The notes below the pieces were generated by a model. That model did not search any database and was not told where the DNA came from. It was given only the letters and a program-made list of their open reading frames with translations. A program made the position numbers and the translations under genes. Positions 27,319-37,800 of a stretch of 64,000 nucleotides of DNA are shown piece after piece (within the stretch, counting starts at the first letter, position 1; the number at the start of each line of letters is the position of its first letter). Origin of the DNA: a virus; IMG/VR virus record IMGVR_UViG_3300018080_000118, positions 1 through 64,000 of that record; one strand, written 5' to 3'.

Positions 27319-28227
27319 ATGAACAACGACGCATTTCTCGCGGCCTTCACCGACGAGCTGGAGAAGATCGCCTCGTGTGATGGCACGTACAACGACGTCT
27401 TCTGGGCGGCTTTCGACGACGAGATGGAGAAGGGAGCAATCGCTCCGCTCCTCATCGACGCCGGAGCGGCGGCGGCCAAGTGGGGAGCCAAGGCTCCTTT
27501 CAGGGCTATCGGCGCGATCCCGTACGGTCCCAGAAAGGCCACTCCGAGGCATGCCGCCGGACAAGTAATCGGGACCAGGAAGACCTGGTACGGAGGCACG
27601 AAGCCTGTTGTCGCCAAAGGCTACACGCGCATGACCGTGGGCCGTAAAGCGCGATCGCTGTACGACAAAGTTCGGCACCCGATTAAGACGATCAAACGCA
27701 ATCGAAAAAACCGTCGCCGAATCGGGCGGTACGAGGAGAAAGTGAGGAAGATCGAGAACGCCTTGGTCGATGCAAGGCCGCAGTATCATGCCGCGCAGGA
27801 GGCATTGAAGAAGCTCAATGCCAAGTATCCTGAAGAGGCACTGAAGAAGCTTCCTAAAGAGCTAAAGGAGAAAGCCCTTTCCCAGAAGAAGAGGCTGATC
27901 AAGCAGATGCAGCCGTACGCCGCCCTGACGGGTGCGCGTGATGATCTTCAGCGCAAGGCCAGCATGTACAGAAAGAATTTCGGCAACGCCATCAAGCCCT
28001 CCAAGACGAAGCGGGCCATCAAGGGGATCAAGAAGAAACTTGGCCTCGGGAGATACCGTAAGAAGACTGAGAAGGCTACACCAGTACCGCCCAGCGCTCC
28101 CAGGGAGTCCCGCGCTCCCCAGCAGTCTGAGCGTACCCCTGAAGCCCCCGCGCCGACCCCTCGTCGTAGAGAGCGGCCCCGGGCCGAGGCTCCGCGTGAG
28201 CGTGAGCTCGCAGGGGCAGCGACATAA
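27319..28227 (+). CDS. very basic hypothetical protein with two tandem N-terminal F-x3-F-x-DE-x-EKxA motifs
   Basis: AFLAAFTDELEKIA and FWAAFDDEMEKGA followed by a K/R-rich body. Confidence 0.75.
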   Translation: MNNDAFLAAFTDELEKIASCDGTYNDVFWAAFDDEMEKGAIAPLLIDAGAAAAKWGAKAPFRAIGAIPYGPRKATPRHAAGQVIGTRKTWYGGTKPVVAKGYTRMTVGRKARSLYDKVRHPIKTIKRNRKNRRRIGRYEEKVRKIENALVDARPQYHAAQEALKKLNAKYPEEALKKLPKELKEKALSQKKRLIKQMQPYAALTGARDDLQRKASMYRKNFGNAIKPSKTKRAIKGIKKKLGLGRYRKKTEKATPVPPSAPRESRAPQQSERTPEAPAPTPRRRERPRAEAPRERELAGAAT

Positions 28228-28237
28228 GGAGCCATAG

Positions 28238-28837
28238 ATGCCTATCATCCAGCAAGTGAAGGTCGATAACGAAGCCATTTCCGGCTTCTACCAGAAGATC
28301 CCCACGGAGGGCGACCTCCACCGGTTCGCCTCGGCTGAGGCCGGGAAGGCTCAGTTCGTGAGTCTGGCAGACTCTTCCGGCCGCATCGTGGTCGGGTCAG
28401 GCTACCTTGACGTCACGCTGGACTTCCGGTACCTGGTCGGCGTCAAGCAGCTCCAGGTCTACCAGGTAGGGACGACCTCAGGGTACGGTCAGATAGTCCC
28501 CAACGCGCAGGACGTCTCCATTGCCCGCAACAAGACCGGATCCAACTTCCCCATTGGCTTCGACCTGTCCAACCCAAGCTTCCACTTTTTCGACGAAGTC
28601 TCCCCGGACGTTGTTCGGCTCTACAACTTTGCCACGACGGACGTCGTCCTCTTCATGGTGCCTCACACGGCCACCCCGGCAGCGATCTCGAACCGGCAGA
28701 TCATCGACAACCAGGGCGACAACATCGCCGTCGAGCTGCTTGGTGACGGCGACGGCATCCTTCTTCGCTCTCCGAATGGTCGTCGCGCGTTGCTCCGTCT
28801 CACGGACAACCTCAATCTCAACATCCAGCCGAAGTAG
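28238..28837 (+). CDS. hypothetical virion protein
   Basis: AAGGAG SD; C-terminal GILLRSPNG..L motif typical of fibre-associated proteins. Confidence 0.7.
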   Translation: MPIIQQVKVDNEAISGFYQKIPTEGDLHRFASAEAGKAQFVSLADSSGRIVVGSGYLDVTLDFRYLVGVKQLQVYQVGTTSGYGQIVPNAQDVSIARNKTGSNFPIGFDLSNPSFHFFDEVSPDVVRLYNFATTDVVLFMVPHTATPAAISNRQIIDNQGDNIAVELLGDGDGILLRSPNGRRALLRLTDNLNLNIQPK

Positions 28838-28839
28838 GC

Positions 28840-28860
28840 TGACAACTCCAGGAGTGGTCA
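28840..28860 (+). repeat. 21-bp imperfect palindrome, copy 3; overlaps the SD of the next gene
   Basis: TGACAACTC-CAG-GAGTGGTCA. Confidence 0.9.
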
Positions 28861-28861
28861 C

Positions 28862-29641
28862 ATGGTCAAGAAGAACTCTCGCCGACATGAAGGCTGGAAG
28901 GTCACGAAGAGGACCGTCGTCAAGGACCCAACAGGGGTAGGCATCGAACGCGTCGAGCGCGTCCGGACGGCAGGGATCCTCAAGAAGCTCTCCCACGCTT
29001 TCGTGGACGAGATCGACAAGATGGCCAATGGGGCCGAGGCAGCGGGCGGCAGGACCCCGTCCGAGGAGCAGGTCATCAAGTTCCTCGACAAGCACCCCAA
29101 GCCCACGGACGAGCAATTTCACGAGTGGGCCGAGAGTCAGGGACTGAACAAGCATAAGGCTGAGCAGGTGGCCTACAAAATTCTCTCGGACATCATCAAC
29201 AAAGGGGAATCGAAGGGGAAGGTACCCTCCGGCGTGACACCCAAGATGGTGGCCGAGGGGACAAAAGTGGAGAAGGAGCACACACCGAACCCCCTCATCG
29301 CGCGCAAGATTACTCTCGATCACCAGGCGGAACACGCGGGGTACTATCCTGCACTCAAGAAGATGGAACAGCGGCTGGAGAAGAAGGCAATGGGGTGGGG
29401 CTCGGTGACGAAGAGTCTCCGGGGTTCGATGGCGATGGGTAAGTACGTCCCGAAGGCTCAGCGCGTGGCTGGGGGAGGCAAGAGGATTCTCTCAGGCGGT
29501 GGTATGAAGACCATCGTCGGCAGCAAAGCCGGCGAAAGCGTTACTCGCCCCAATCTGAACATCAGGACCGGACAACCAAAGATGAAGAAAGTCGGGGCCT
29601 TTTTCATGGCCTTTGTGGACGAGCTGGAACGGAAGACCTAG
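28862..29641 (+). CDS. DUF5661-like domain protein with KxA tags
   Basis: GTKVEKEHT...ARKITLDH...YYPALKKME pattern; AFVDEIDKMA and AFVDELERKT motifs. Confidence 0.7.
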   Translation: MVKKNSRRHEGWKVTKRTVVKDPTGVGIERVERVRTAGILKKLSHAFVDEIDKMANGAEAAGGRTPSEEQVIKFLDKHPKPTDEQFHEWAESQGLNKHKAEQVAYKILSDIINKGESKGKVPSGVTPKMVAEGTKVEKEHTPNPLIARKITLDHQAEHAGYYPALKKMEQRLEKKAMGWGSVTKSLRGSMAMGKYVPKAQRVAGGGKRILSGGGMKTIVGSKAGESVTRPNLNIRTGQPKMKKVGAFFMAFVDELERKT

Positions 29642-30655
29642 ATGGGCATCAGCAGATACCTCGGGGATGCGTTCAGCATCCCGAACCTTTTCAGGAACGG
29701 CGGCCTGGATTTCCAGGACGACGTGAACCCGTTCCCTGCCTTCTACACAGTGGCCGGGGCTACGAAGAATGCGCCGATCCTGGAGAATTCCTGGTCCCAC
29801 GTCTTCGGCGAAACTCCGGCGTCTCCCGGCGCTCCGTTCAACTACTTCAGGCTCTCCCTGCCCCAGCCCGATCCGATCTCTTTGACGCAAGACTTCAACA
29901 GCGCGAACGCTACTTTTGATTCCGAGCTACCCGTGACCTCTGGCACGTCCGAGCTGGAGCCGTACAACTACCGGTCGTTGGAGCCGAACCTCCTGTACCA
30001 GGGAGACTTCTCCCTCTCTTTTGCTATCCGGGTGCCACAGGGGGAAATATCCCTTGGCATTGCCTATCAGACAGCAGACGCAGAGGGTTTGGCAGACCCG
30101 CAGTACATGGAGCTTGACGCACTTTTCTCCAGCAATTCGTGGCGCAGATACTCCGGCGTTGTACCCGTCGGCACCGCCAAGTTGGTGGCTATCGGCGTTC
30201 AGGTTCAACGACGAGGAAGCGCCCAGGCCGTTGAGGCACACGTGGGCAACATCATGCTGGCAGCCGGGGCCTACGACGACCTCCCGTATACGGGAGATCC
30301 CGCTGCCCATGCCTTCCCACGAGGAGCGATCGTCATGACCCTTGGTCTCCGCTGTCCCCCCGGTTTCGTTGAGGTATCGCCCGACGAAACGTATCCTAGA
30401 GAGGGCGAGCCGGGGCAGACAGGCGGTGCATTGAAGCACGAGCATGACCTGGTGCAGAGCATGTACCCCAAAAGCTCGTGGCCCAGGAGATCGCTGCTGG
30501 ATAGCGGAGATGCCACGGGCATCCCGGGCCTGAACGAGTGGGATGAGTCTCGGGGCGACACCGCCGTTGGCCACGAGCACCCGATCATTGATGACTCTGG
30601 AGAGGACAACACAGAGCCCAACTACCGAGGGTATCTGCTTTGTAAGCGCGTATGA
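29642..30655 (+). CDS. tail fibre protein with tail-collar domain
   Basis: FPRGAIVM...CPPGF, TGG..KHEH, C-terminal EPNY..YLLCKR. Confidence 0.7.
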   Translation: MGISRYLGDAFSIPNLFRNGGLDFQDDVNPFPAFYTVAGATKNAPILENSWSHVFGETPASPGAPFNYFRLSLPQPDPISLTQDFNSANATFDSELPVTSGTSELEPYNYRSLEPNLLYQGDFSLSFAIRVPQGEISLGIAYQTADAEGLADPQYMELDALFSSNSWRRYSGVVPVGTAKLVAIGVQVQRRGSAQAVEAHVGNIMLAAGAYDDLPYTGDPAAHAFPRGAIVMTLGLRCPPGFVEVSPDETYPREGEPGQTGGALKHEHDLVQSMYPKSSWPRRSLLDSGDATGIPGLNEWDESRGDTAVGHEHPIIDDSGEDNTEPNYRGYLLCKRV

Positions 30656-33171
30656 GCACAGTGCAGGCAATCGACAGCGCCGACTCTCTGATCCCCAACG
30701 GCACGTTCTGCCAAGGGCTCGCCTACTGGCGGTTCTACGGATCTGGAACGCCTGTCGAGCCGGTGGCTCTCCATGAGCAGTATTACCAGGATAGCGACAG
30801 CAACGTTGCGGACGGGACACCCAAGTACGGGATGCTCACGAACCATACGGCCGGATGCTGGATCAGCCGCAACGATCTTTTCGAGTACCCCCTGCGGAGA
30901 TACCTGCCCAACGTAGTGGCCTTCCCTGTGAGCTCTACGGCTCTCAGGATCACCGCTGCATCCGGCACGTTTCACGTCGAGTCCCTGGACTACGGCACAC
31001 CGTACGAGGCTACCGTCAGCGGCGGGGTGTTGGTCTTCGGCCTGGACTCTGCCGTCCCGATGCCGGTGGGCACGAAACTCGCCTATATTCCGGACGGGTC
31101 TTCGGAGATCACGTTGCAGGTCACGCAGGAGGTCACGCAGCCAGGTGATTTCTCGCGGAGCTTCGGGGTGGACACCACTGTCGCTGACGGCGACGGGACG
31201 ATCTATTTCTATGTGAAGAAGGCCCCAGAGCAGGGCTCGACTGTCGTCCTCGACGCCACGGATTCTGCTCACTCCGGCTATTACACGGTTGACCGTGTCG
31301 AAGACACATCGATCCGGATCGTTCCTCAAAGCGGCTCGCTGCAGATCAAGGCAGCCCCCGGTGATGTGTCAGGGATCCTCTACAACCGGGATTCCGGAGC
31401 TACCTCGGTTACACTGCGGGTGTTCGGGGACCTCACGGTGAAGGGGGTCTCTGTCGGGGACTATTTCGTCACTACGAGTCCGGCGAGGTCCTACGGCCAG
31501 ATCATCGGCATCTCGCCGGATAGCTCCGATCCCAGCGTTCAGATCGTGTCAGTCCAGCTGTCGACCAACTCGTTGCCGGAAACTTCCACTGGCCAGTTTG
31601 TTGCCGTTACCTCTTGGGCCGTTTCCGCTCAGGTGATCTGTAGCGCCGAGCTCACGATACCGGCTGTTCGGTACAACATGACACTAGTTTTCTCTTCGAA
31701 CAACTGGACCTCGTGGACGCCCTCCCTTCAGTTCGTCAAGGAGGAGGGGAGCCACACGGGCGAGTCTCTGCGACGCTCGGACTTGGTGATCGACAAGATC
31801 GATGCCACCTTCGTCAGAGAGTTCGACGCCACGACGCCTGCATCTCTTTGGAAACGCCGCGTCTACAAAATTCAGGCTGATCGGGCTGTCCCTATTCCGG
31901 GGCTCCCGGTCATCGCTTTTGAGAAATCCGGATCTGCCTCTCTTCGAGTCGGCCACGTCGCCATGTTCAAGGGAGACCTGACCGAAACCGTTCCTTCCGA
32001 TGACCAGCAGACAAGCCTGGACTTCGATACCCTGGAGTACAACACAGCGCCTGACGGCGGCGTGATCCCTAAGGGAACCGTGGTTCCATTCATCGGTGGC
32101 ACCGTCTGCCCTCCAGGGTGGAAGCGTGTTCTAGGGGAGGCTTCGGACGGAGACACTCCTTCAAACGTCGTCGAGGATATTCCAAAGGATATCTTCGAGA
32201 AGATGGAGGTGACGTACAACTACGGGTCGGATGTCACTACGGTCAAGTTCGAGGTCCCCACAACCTCGGACTTCACCCTGGCCGTGAACACCGGCTGCGG
32301 GTACAACCCCTGGTCAAACTACAAGAACCTCATGGCCGTGATAATGCGGCCGCCGCCCAACCCTCCGGTGATGAAGCTACAGGTCAGAAACCCGTTTACT
32401 GGCCGTAAGCAGACCTGGTTCCGTGCGCGCCTCCCAGCGCCTCCGCCCCGGCCGCAGCGGTACGCCTTTGTCGAGGTGGGTCTTCTGAAAAACCTCATCG
32501 TGCCTGGGCAGATCCTGCAGCTCATACCGGACAAGGATGCCCGCGAGCCCATGGATGGTCAGTTCTTCCCTGTGATCGGCGCGGTTCGTGTGTCTGGCGG
32601 TTTCGTTGCGGAAGAGGTTGACTGGCAGACGAAGTCTTATCCTTCGTCCTACGAGACGCTCTATGGGCGCTTTAACATCTGGTCAATCGTGCCGTCTCCT
32701 CTAGGCATTGCTACACTTATCAGCTCTGTCCGAGACATTATGCGTAACGTGAGCACGTTGCGGATGTACGACCCCACAGAGCACGGCGAACCGTTGCCGC
32801 CTGTGCAGGCAGTTCCTGATAACAAGCAGTCGGAGCAGGTCGAGATCGATCTCCAAGGAGACTGGAGTGTGGCTCTTCAGCGCGTGAAGGATGGTGGCAA
32901 TTCGTCGGTCATGCGTATACTGAATACTGGCTACGTCAAGAACACGTCTTCCGAATCCGGGAAGACGGGCACCGGCGCGCCGGAGCATAACCACAAGGTC
33001 GAGCCGTCCAGCGACGTGGAGATCATTTCCGGAGTAGCTGCTCAGGTTGTTCAGACGCAGGACGAAGCAGATAGGCCTCCAGTGGCTGTGAACCACGGCC
33101 ATGACTATCTCGGCGCGGGTGGCTACTCGCGACCAAAGGGTCGTGGCGTACTCATGTGCATCAAGCTATGA
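30652..33171 (+). CDS. tail fibre protein with tail-collar domain
   Basis: IPKGTVVPFIGGTVCPPGW, HNH and HGH motifs, C-terminal VLMCIKL. Confidence 0.7.
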   Translation: MSTVQAIDSADSLIPNGTFCQGLAYWRFYGSGTPVEPVALHEQYYQDSDSNVADGTPKYGMLTNHTAGCWISRNDLFEYPLRRYLPNVVAFPVSSTALRITAASGTFHVESLDYGTPYEATVSGGVLVFGLDSAVPMPVGTKLAYIPDGSSEITLQVTQEVTQPGDFSRSFGVDTTVADGDGTIYFYVKKAPEQGSTVVLDATDSAHSGYYTVDRVEDTSIRIVPQSGSLQIKAAPGDVSGILYNRDSGATSVTLRVFGDLTVKGVSVGDYFVTTSPARSYGQIIGISPDSSDPSVQIVSVQLSTNSLPETSTGQFVAVTSWAVSAQVICSAELTIPAVRYNMTLVFSSNNWTSWTPSLQFVKEEGSHTGESLRRSDLVIDKIDATFVREFDATTPASLWKRRVYKIQADRAVPIPGLPVIAFEKSGSASLRVGHVAMFKGDLTETVPSDDQQTSLDFDTLEYNTAPDGGVIPKGTVVPFIGGTVCPPGWKRVLGEASDGDTPSNVVEDIPKDIFEKMEVTYNYGSDVTTVKFEVPTTSDFTLAVNTGCGYNPWSNYKNLMAVIMRPPPNPPVMKLQVRNPFTGRKQTWFRARLPAPPPRPQRYAFVEVGLLKNLIVPGQILQLIPDKDAREPMDGQFFPVIGAVRVSGGFVAEEVDWQTKSYPSSYETLYGRFNIWSIVPSPLGIATLISSVRDIMRNVSTLRMYDPTEHGEPLPPVQAVPDNKQSEQVEIDLQGDWSVALQRVKDGGNSSVMRILNTGYVKNTSSESGKTGTGAPEHNHKVEPSSDVEIISGVAAQVVQTQDEADRPPVAVNHGHDYLGAGGYSRPKGRGVLMCIKL

Positions 33172-34544
33172 CAGACTTCATCTCACAATCTGGTCGAGCG
33201 CACACCAACAACTGGCTGAAGAACGGTAATCTGGTGCGCGTCCCCCGCTACACGAGCGCTCGCTCTTACGACAGCTTGCGGTTGACCGAGACACGGCCGG
33301 CGATGACCGTAGCCGATGTCCTCACACCAGAGGACCTCTCGCGGACCATCGGTTCGGCGAGGGAAGAGCGCTTCCTGGCCAACTGGGCAGTGTCCGGCAG
33401 CGAAGATGCCGTCGGGAGTGTGGATCTCGACCCGATGAACAGTCGCACGGGTCTGCGGTTTCGCTCGTTTGATAGTGGGCGGTTTCTCCGGGTGAGTTTC
33501 TTCAAGACGGGGACGATCACCCTGGAGCAGGAGATCGAGGTCGTCAACCAGTTCCGGGGGATGCCCGCCACCGCAGCCTACTCTGCTTATCGGATCGACG
33601 GCGAGGTGAAGATCGAGACGGAGATCGACTTTGGGTCCGAGACCCGGGCCGGGGTGCCATACTTCTCCAGCAACGTGGGCGCGTACCGGCGCATCACACA
33701 AGAAGTGGAGGAGTGTCCCCTCGGCCTGAGCACAGTCATTTTCCGCATCAAGGTGTCCGGTGATCGTGGAGAGTCTGTTGGTCTCAGCGGATTCGTCTTT
33801 GCGCTGGGCGCATACACCCTCGACCTCCCGTACTCCGAAGCGATCGGTGACGTACTGCTTCCGCGCGGAGCGGTCATCCTGTGGACGGGCGAGAACTGCC
33901 CACCAGGTTTCCGTGAGGTAGAGGGAGCCGACGACAGCTTCCTCTATCAGGTCTACGGGGACCCGAACGTGATGAACGGGGGCACGCAGGAGTATCCCGA
34001 CATCAAGCAGAAGGCGGAGACTGCAGACGAGAACAACCCGCTGGATCCCTACGAGAATGCCTTCGCCATCAAGGAGCCAGCGACCAGTGAGTTCCTTGGT
34101 GACAACGAACACTTTGCCCATCAGAAGACGAGCCTCTTCGGCGAGACGGCGGACAGCTGGCTCAGCCAGGGGCCGGATTCCATTCGGCGCTTGCGTACCG
34201 TGGACTTCAATGACTGCGGGGATCCCGAGACGCCTTACGGCGAGACCCCGGCCAACAGAAAGCAGTCCATCATCGCGGCCAGCAATGACTACAATGTCGG
34301 CTTCACCGATAAGGATGCGGTCCCGAGAATTCCGGTCATCACGAACGTAAGCGATATCGCGAAGTTCAAGCGCCAGACCGTCCAGAACTTGGTACTCCCT
34401 GGCGGCTCAAACGAGGACAGCGACCCAAGCAGCCCGCCGAGCGACGGCGACATCTGGCGTAATCCTCACAGACACGCCTTCCAGTCGAACCATATCGCCA
34501 CGCTGCCCCCATACTTCACAGTCAGATTCTGTGAGAAGATCTGA
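33168..34544 (+). CDS. tail fibre protein with tail-collar domain
   Basis: ATGA overlap; LPRGAVILWTGENCPPGF, HRH, C-terminal LPPYFTVRFCEK. Confidence 0.7.
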   Translation: MTDFISQSGRAHTNNWLKNGNLVRVPRYTSARSYDSLRLTETRPAMTVADVLTPEDLSRTIGSAREERFLANWAVSGSEDAVGSVDLDPMNSRTGLRFRSFDSGRFLRVSFFKTGTITLEQEIEVVNQFRGMPATAAYSAYRIDGEVKIETEIDFGSETRAGVPYFSSNVGAYRRITQEVEECPLGLSTVIFRIKVSGDRGESVGLSGFVFALGAYTLDLPYSEAIGDVLLPRGAVILWTGENCPPGFREVEGADDSFLYQVYGDPNVMNGGTQEYPDIKQKAETADENNPLDPYENAFAIKEPATSEFLGDNEHFAHQKTSLFGETADSWLSQGPDSIRRLRTVDFNDCGDPETPYGETPANRKQSIIAASNDYNVGFTDKDAVPRIPVITNVSDIAKFKRQTVQNLVLPGGSNEDSDPSSPPSDGDIWRNPHRHAFQSNHIATLPPYFTVRFCEKI

Positions 34545-34861
34545 TGGATCGGCCTGTCTTTTACTACAGCGACCGGTGTCCGCACTGCGAGCGCGTCTTG
34601 CCCGAGATCGTTGATTTACTCAATAGGCGCGGTATACAGATGGTGATCAGGAAACCGACGCTGGTCGAGATGTCCGCAATCCCTGGGTACCCTACTTTGA
34701 AGCTCCCAGCGGTTGAAGGTGTCAGGGGCCAGCCTATCCTGCTTGTAGGCACCAAGATAGCCGAAGCGCTTCGTCAACAACCGGAGCTTCTGGATGGATC
34801 CTCTCACAATCGTCTCACAGAGCCTTCCGCTGGCGATGGCGACCCAGCCATACAGCTTTAA
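34544..34861 (+). CDS. thioredoxin/glutaredoxin-like protein
   Basis: FYYSDRCPHC active site and IPGYPTL cis-Pro loop. Confidence 0.75.
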   Translation: MDRPVFYYSDRCPHCERVLPEIVDLLNRRGIQMVIRKPTLVEMSAIPGYPTLKLPAVEGVRGQPILLVGTKIAEALRQQPELLDGSSHNRLTEPSAGDGDPAIQL

Positions 34862-37800
34862 GCTGCAGGCCCTTGGTGGTTCTCTGCCTTACGTCTGGGC
34901 AATCGTTCCTGGCTACGGCACTCCTCCAACAGGCATCGTCCTCTCAGGGGACACGCTTCAGGCCAGTGCTGGCTCCATTGCCGAAACGGAAGTGGGGACG
35001 CACTCTTTCCGGGTGGAGGTCACAGACGGGTCGCTGACCAAGGTAACCGTCGATGTCAGCATCGCGGTAGAGCCGTACGGCTTCAGCCGCACACACCAAT
35101 TCCTGCTCGATCCGAGGCTCAAGACCCTCATCGAGCAGTATCTCGTGTCCGGGGCAGACAGGGAGAAGGTCGAGCTGCATTTCTTCCGGGACGTTGTCTC
35201 GGCCGTAGCCACCAACTTCGTGCATCTGGATCGCGACATTCTTGTCGACGCCTGGACGGGTATCTACCCCTACTCGACTGCGACCGACACTGATCTGCGA
35301 AGCGTCATCAACGCCATCACGTCGGACCTACTCTACTTCGCCGATCCGACGAAGTGGAACATCTCTGCCGTCACCCCAGGAGCCGGGACGTACCAGGTCG
35401 AGTACACGCTGACCCCGTCAACGGGCTTCTTCATCGGTCGCACTGGCGAGACCGACGCCACCACCGCTCGGCAGTGGTTCAAGCTCGTTGACGGAGATTC
35501 CGATGACGAGCCGCACGACGGGGACGGCAACCCTCTCGTGATCGTCAAGATTGAGGATGCCGATGGCATCGAGATCGATCCCAATACGCTCGCGTACCAG
35601 TCGGACTCCGACGGCTTCCACACGGGCAAGAACGCGGTAGGCGGCACTATCGGGTATGGGCTCACCTTCACGGTGGAGTTCGTGCCTAATCCGCACAGCC
35701 GCACGCCTGTACCACCCTGGAGCATGCGATCCGGTGTGCGCCAGGAGCTGCACGATCTCAGCCCCGAGGCCCTCATCAAGTTCGGGAATGTTCTTGGCGA
35801 GGTCGACGCGGATGTCATCGCCCTCATCAAGACAGCGCCCTACCTGCACGCCCTGAAGGTCGGCAATGACGTTGTTCCTGTGAATGCCGACCAGCAGATC
35901 GAGCTGCAGGGTCAGGATGGGATCGATCTCGATGCGGATCCGACGGCACACGTCATCCGGATCGCCTCTACGGCCATCCGATCCCTCAACGGAATCACGC
36001 CGGATGGCGCGGGCGACCTGGATCTCGTGGACGGGGAGTTCATCGAGATCGAGACAGAGGTGGACGAGCAGAAGCTCACGATCAAGACGGTCATCCCCGT
36101 GCAGGTCCCTCCCGGAGATCCGACACAAGAGCCTGTCCACTCCAAGGGCCTCATCTCACGCGACGACTACTCCAAGTTCCTGGAACTCATCTCGACGCAG
36201 CTAACGCGCCTCCACGGCCACACGGGCGAGGATCTGGTCCTCGGGACACCTGGCGATGGGTTTGCCGACGGCTACATCCCGCTGGATCCCCGGGCCTCCG
36301 TGGTCGAGACTGTCGACCGCATCAACGAAGCAATGCTCGTGCTCGCCGGAGGTACCCCGATCGTCCAGGATCTCGACAACGTGGATCTGGTCGAGGTCGC
36401 CGGGATCACACGGGAGCGCGGCTATCTGGCCGACGACTCCTCTGGATCACCGATCGGTGTCGTCTATGAGACGGGCGTCTACGACGCAGGCTCTGAGGCT
36501 CCGTACGTCTACAACGACGCGACCAACATCGCCGGCAGCGTTGCCATGGAGTTCGAGACGGCGCTGGAGTTTGGTCCCGTCGAAGGCACCGCCGGAACAG
36601 CGGACGACCTGGAGATCTACCTCAACGGCAGCTTGCTGGAGACGTGGACCCTCACTACAGCCAACCCCGCGACTGGCCCATCGCCAGGTGGCTACATGGA
36701 CATCACCAGTGTCCGTAGCGTCACCGGGACAAACGACGCGATCCGGCTCAAGGGCCTTGTGGACCCTTCCGATGCGACCGTGGCCCCGCTCCTGAACATC
36801 GGCTACAACTACTTTGAGCTGAAGCATGTCGACAACTCGGCCGTCGCCACGTACACCTCGGCCAAGTTCAAGGTCTTCCTCGACAGCGCCGTTCCCACGG
36901 CCGGAGGCCCCGCGCTTCCGTCGGACATCTGGGGCGATGCCCCCGGGAAGATCGACTGGCTTTCCGGCGTCAAATACTACTCCGGCGACAACGAGCTCCT
37001 GATCACCTTCACGGCCAACGATCTCTTCGAGGTCACGTACTACAGCTCGCCTTTCCAGGTGCGCGTGAATAGCCCCGCTGGATGGCAGCCGTGGACGGAC
37101 CTTCGCTGGAGCGACGCGCACGTGACCGGTGTCTCGACGCCCCCAGATACCACGGACGATCCGGTCTTCACGGACTACCCCACAGGACGGCCCGTGAAAG
37201 ACTACTCCGTTGCTCACTCGGGGCCGCAGCCGTACCTGGAGCTCAACCACACGCGCCCCTGCGACTCGGCTACCGTGACCAAGGCCAACAAGCTCGTCAC
37301 GGCCGCCGGCGACGATGTGATCTACACCCTCGGGAAGGCGGGGACGACCGACCTCTTCGAGAACTTCGAAGACGAGGTTTACCGCATCAATGCGTACGAT
37401 CCGCGATGGGGTGGCCCAGACTTCCCGGCGTTCCCAAGGATGGGGAAGGACGGCTTTGGCTGGGATTCTTCCCGTCCCCTCGGCTACGGCACCACTCCCT
37501 GGGGCGATGGCGGCGGAAAGGCTGGCGACCTCCAGGTGGTTCCCGACGCCAACCCCACGGGCCAGCCGTGGGAGGGTGCTCTTATCTGGCCGCAGTACGA
37601 CTATACCTCGGGCAGCTTCGCCCCAGCACAGGAGACGGGCCGCGACTACAGTACCGACTTTGGATCAACTGGCGCGGCCACCTTCTACCGGGCGATCAAG
37701 TTCGAGGACCTCTCCAGGACGAATGGCACCTTGCAGATCGTCGGCATCCAGTCGTCGCAGCTTGGCCTGTCGTACCTGGGCGGTGGAGGTACTGCGACGG

